Part shown: piece by piece, positions 61,862 through 64,000 of the stretch | How positions within the stretch are numbered: position 1 is the stretch's first letter | Layout: each line of letters opens with the position of its first letter | Assembly (NCBI GenBank): GCA_963590075.1 | Contig: CAVANK010000001.1 | Span: 5,394 to 69,393 of the forward strand | Reading direction: 5' to 3' | Source of the DNA: Eshraghiella crossota | GTDB lineage: Bacteria > Bacillota > Clostridia > Christensenellales > CAG-917 | DNA length: 64,000 bases | Notes under the pieces: model-generated | Databases searched by the model: none | Told to the model about the DNA's origin: nothing | The model's input: only the letters and a program-made list of their open reading frames with translations | Position numbers and translations under genes: made by a program

Positions 61862-63153
61862 CTCGAAAGTTTTTGCGCGATTGCGTCGAACACTCTTCCG
61901 CGCTCTTCAAAATTTTTGTATTTGTCAAAGCTCTTGCTTGCGGGGGAAAACAGTACGCTTTTTGCGCCTACTTCCCTTGCTTTGGTCAACGCGCAATCGA
62001 GAGCGTCCGTAAGATTTTCTCTCACCGATACGTCGTAGCCGTGCGCTTTGCCTTTTTCGAAAATCAAATCCGCGTTCTCTCCGCAAGCGACGAAACCTTT
62101 GACGTTTGAGGGCATATTTGCAAACAACTCGTCAAAGTCCTCTTGCCCCTTTTGTCCGCCGAGAATAAGCACGCAATCTTCCACGCTTTCGCACGCACAC
62201 AGGCACGCGGACACGTTGGTGGCTTTGCTGTCGTCGTACACGTCGACGCCGTTGATTTTGCGTGTGAATTGTCTGCGATATTTGGGTTTTGCAAAGTCCG
62301 TGATTGCGGAAGCGATGCAAAATTCCGACACCCCTTTTTGCATACAAACGGCAATGCTCGCAAGCACGTTTTGTATTTCTTTGCCCTTGAAATCGATATC
62401 TTCGAGAGCGACGATAGGTCTGCCCTTGTAGCACGCAAAACCCGACGAGAGATACGCGCCGTCCGGCTCGATATGCTCGATTGAAAACGGCACTTTTTTG
62501 GCGGTGATTTGCGGAATTAATTCGCTTATATACTCGTCGTCGGCATTATATACGGCAACGTCTTGCTCGCTTTGCGCACGGAAGACATTTGCCTTGGCGT
62601 TGACGTAATTTTGCATAGTTTTGTGTCTCGACAAGTGGTCGGGCGCGATATTGAGAAGCACTGCGATATCTGGTGCGAAATCGGGACTGTTTTCAAGCTG
62701 AAAACTGCTTGCTTCTATAACCGCCGTTTCCGTTGCGTCGAGTTTGTCGGCAATGGAGCAAAACGGCACGCCGATATTGCCCACCGCGTGAGAATGTAGT
62801 CCCGCGCGTTTGAGTATATGGTCGATAAGCATCGTCGTCGTGGTCTTGCCGTTCGTACCCGTAACCGCGATTTGCTCCGCGTCGCAAAGTTTGGAAGCGA
62901 GCGAAAGTTCGCTTATAACCGTCGTATTGTCGAGGCGCGCGTCAAGCAAAAAATCTTTGTTTGCCTCAACCCCGGGGCTCAATACGATTATATCCGCACC
63001 GTCGAATACGCCCGTGCTGTTAGTGGCGTGTTCCGCCTTTGCGTCGTCATCGTAAATTATGGCTTTTGCGCCCTTTTCTCTCACCAATTCGTATGCTGCC
63101 AAACCGCTTATGCCCGCGCCGTATATCACGACGTTTTTGCCGACAAATCTCAT
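61858..63153 (-). CDS. murD: UDP-N-acetylmuramoyl-L-alanine--D-glutamate ligase
   Basis: 431 aa from the ATG at 63153 (ATGA overlap with the mraY stop). GAGISG, GTNGKTTT motifs. Confidence 0.93.
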   Translation of the reverse strand: MRFVGKNVVIYGAGISGLAAYELVREKGAKAIIYDDDAKAEHATNSTGVFDGADIIVLSPGVEANKDFLLDARLDNTTVISELSLASKLCDAEQIAVTGTNGKTTTTMLIDHILKRAGLHSHAVGNIGVPFCSIADKLDATETAVIEASSFQLENSPDFAPDIAVLLNIAPDHLSRHKTMQNYVNAKANVFRAQSEQDVAVYNADDEYISELIPQITAKKVPFSIEHIEPDGAYLSSGFACYKGRPIVALEDIDFKGKEIQNVLASIAVCMQKGVSEFCIASAITDFAKPKYRRQFTRKINGVDVYDDSKATNVSACLCACESVEDCVLILGGQKGQEDFDELFANMPSNVKGFVACGENADLIFEKGKAHGYDVSVRENLTDALDCALTKAREVGAKSVLFSPASKSFDKYKNFEERGRVFDAIAQKLSR

Positions 63154-64000
63154 ATCGTCCTCGCAAATATCAAAGTCAGCGCACCCCCTATCATACTCAC
63201 GACGAAGTATATCGTGACGATTTTCGACTCGTGCAATCCTTTCATTTCTAGATGATGATGGAAAGGAGACATAAGGAAAATGCGTTTTTTGGCGAGTTTG
63301 AAAGAGGTCACCTGCAATATAACTGATATGCTTGACCAAACGTACATTATGCCTGACGTGACGATTAAAAGCGGATTTTTGATAAATACCGCAACGCACG
63401 CGCACGCGCTTCCGAGCGCGAGAGAGCCCGTGTCCCCCATCATAATCTTGGCGGGAAAGCCGTTGAATACGAGATATCCCAGCACTCCGCCGAGCATAGA
63501 CACGCAAAAAACGCCGATGGACAAAAGTTGCTTTGCGTACTCCGTATCGCCAATCGATACGGCGTCGTTATATTCAAAGAATATAAGCATCGCGAACCAC
63601 AAAAAATACGCCACCGACGTATAGCCCGCAAGCCCGTCCAGCCCGTCCGTAAGATTGACGGAATTGGTGGTTGCGATATATACGAGCATAACGAAAGGAA
63701 TTATGCCCCATTTCATATCGAGCATATAGTCGGCGAAAGGCAAACTTATAGCACTGCCTATATGCGACGAGGCGTACACAAAATAGCCCGCCGCAAGACC
63801 GAGCCCAACTTGTCCGATTATCTTTTGATAGGGTTTCAAACCGAGATTGCGCGAATAGCGGATTTTGATGAAATCGTCCAAAAATCCGAGTATGCAAAAG
63901 CCGACGGTTATCACTGCCGCCACGATTGAAAACCACTGAAATTCCACCAGCGAAAACACCAGCGCGGGTATAAGAAAAATAAATCCGCCCATCGTCGGCG
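63150..64000 (-). CDS. mraY: phospho-N-acetylmuramoyl-pentapeptide transferase, C-terminal part (5' end beyond the window)
   Basis: MraY motifs (NLTDGLDGLA, MGDTGSLALG, PFHHHLE). The reading frame runs off the window edge. Confidence 0.9.
   Translation of the reverse strand, partial: PTMGGFIFLIPALVFSLVEFQWFSIVAAVITVGFCILGFLDDFIKIRYSRNLGLKPYQKIIGQVGLGLAAGYFVYASSHIGSAISLPFADYMLDMKWGIIPFVMLVYIATTNSVNLTDGLDGLAGYTSVAYFLWFAMLIFFEYNDAVSIGDTEYAKQLLSIGVFCVSMLGGVLGYLVFNGFPAKIMMGDTGSLALGSACACVAVFIKNPLLIVTSGIMYVWSSISVILQVTSFKLAKKRIFLMSPFHHHLEMKGLHESKIVTIYFVVSMIGGALTLIFARTI

Overview
This 64-kb window looks like chromosome from a spore-forming Firmicute, probably Clostridia-like. About 60 protein genes and 7 tRNAs are packed closely, and most are housekeeping or sporulation genes.

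**Conserved blocks**
- **68-17442 (minus strand):** rpsB-tsf-pyrH-frr-uppS-cdsA-dxr-rseP-ispG-[PolC-like exonuclease]-rimP-nusA-ylxR-ylxQ-infB-rbfA-nrnA. This follows the Bacillus subtilis gene order closely.
- **17758-20769:** yrzB-like, ruvX, rarA and yunB.
- **20776-25132:** spoIIAA-spoIIAB-sigF followed by spoVAC-spoVAD-spoVAE.
- **25326-25929 and 30613-30687:** a 6-tRNA operon and a separate tRNA-Trp. They bracket a tyrosine recombinase and a membrane-anchored PadR-like protein.
- **31144-48816:** rnhA, ispH/rpsA fusion, cmk/plsC fusion, surE, rluB, two D-Ala-D-Ala carboxypeptidases, ytfI/ytfJ, scpAB, spoIIM-like, a Spo0A_C-only protein and spoIVB.
- **49036-53301:** sigK, mgtE, nrdR and ylmC.
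- **53652-64000:** a division and cell-wall block, mraY-murD-ftsW/spoVE-murA-ftsA-ftsZ-spoIIGA-sigE-sigG.

All four sporulation-specific sigma factors (F, E, G, K) fall within about 32 kb. I saw no recognisable defence system, CRISPR array, transposase or prophage structural gene.

**What stands out is non-coding**
1. A mosaic family of hairpin-rich intergenic repeats occurs at six or more loci. Several copies sit inside normally contiguous operons. The family includes arrays in which a conserved 9-mer, AATATCACT, alternates with perfect mini-hairpins that share no sequence.
2. A 187-bp unit carrying the 3' end of tRNA-Trp, its terminator and a promoter-like element is tandemly repeated downstream of the intact tRNA.

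**Secondary oddities**
- A PolC-derived protein (N-terminal domain, OB fold, exonuclease) with no polymerase sits in the polC slot.
- A PadR protein is fused to a coiled coil and four transmembrane helices.
- A Spo0A effector-domain protein lacks a receiver domain.
- cmk and plsC are fused.
- The window also has unusual leaders, insertions and tails.

All calls rest on reading the sequence and the ORF track by eye and on remembered family motifs. No database search was run.
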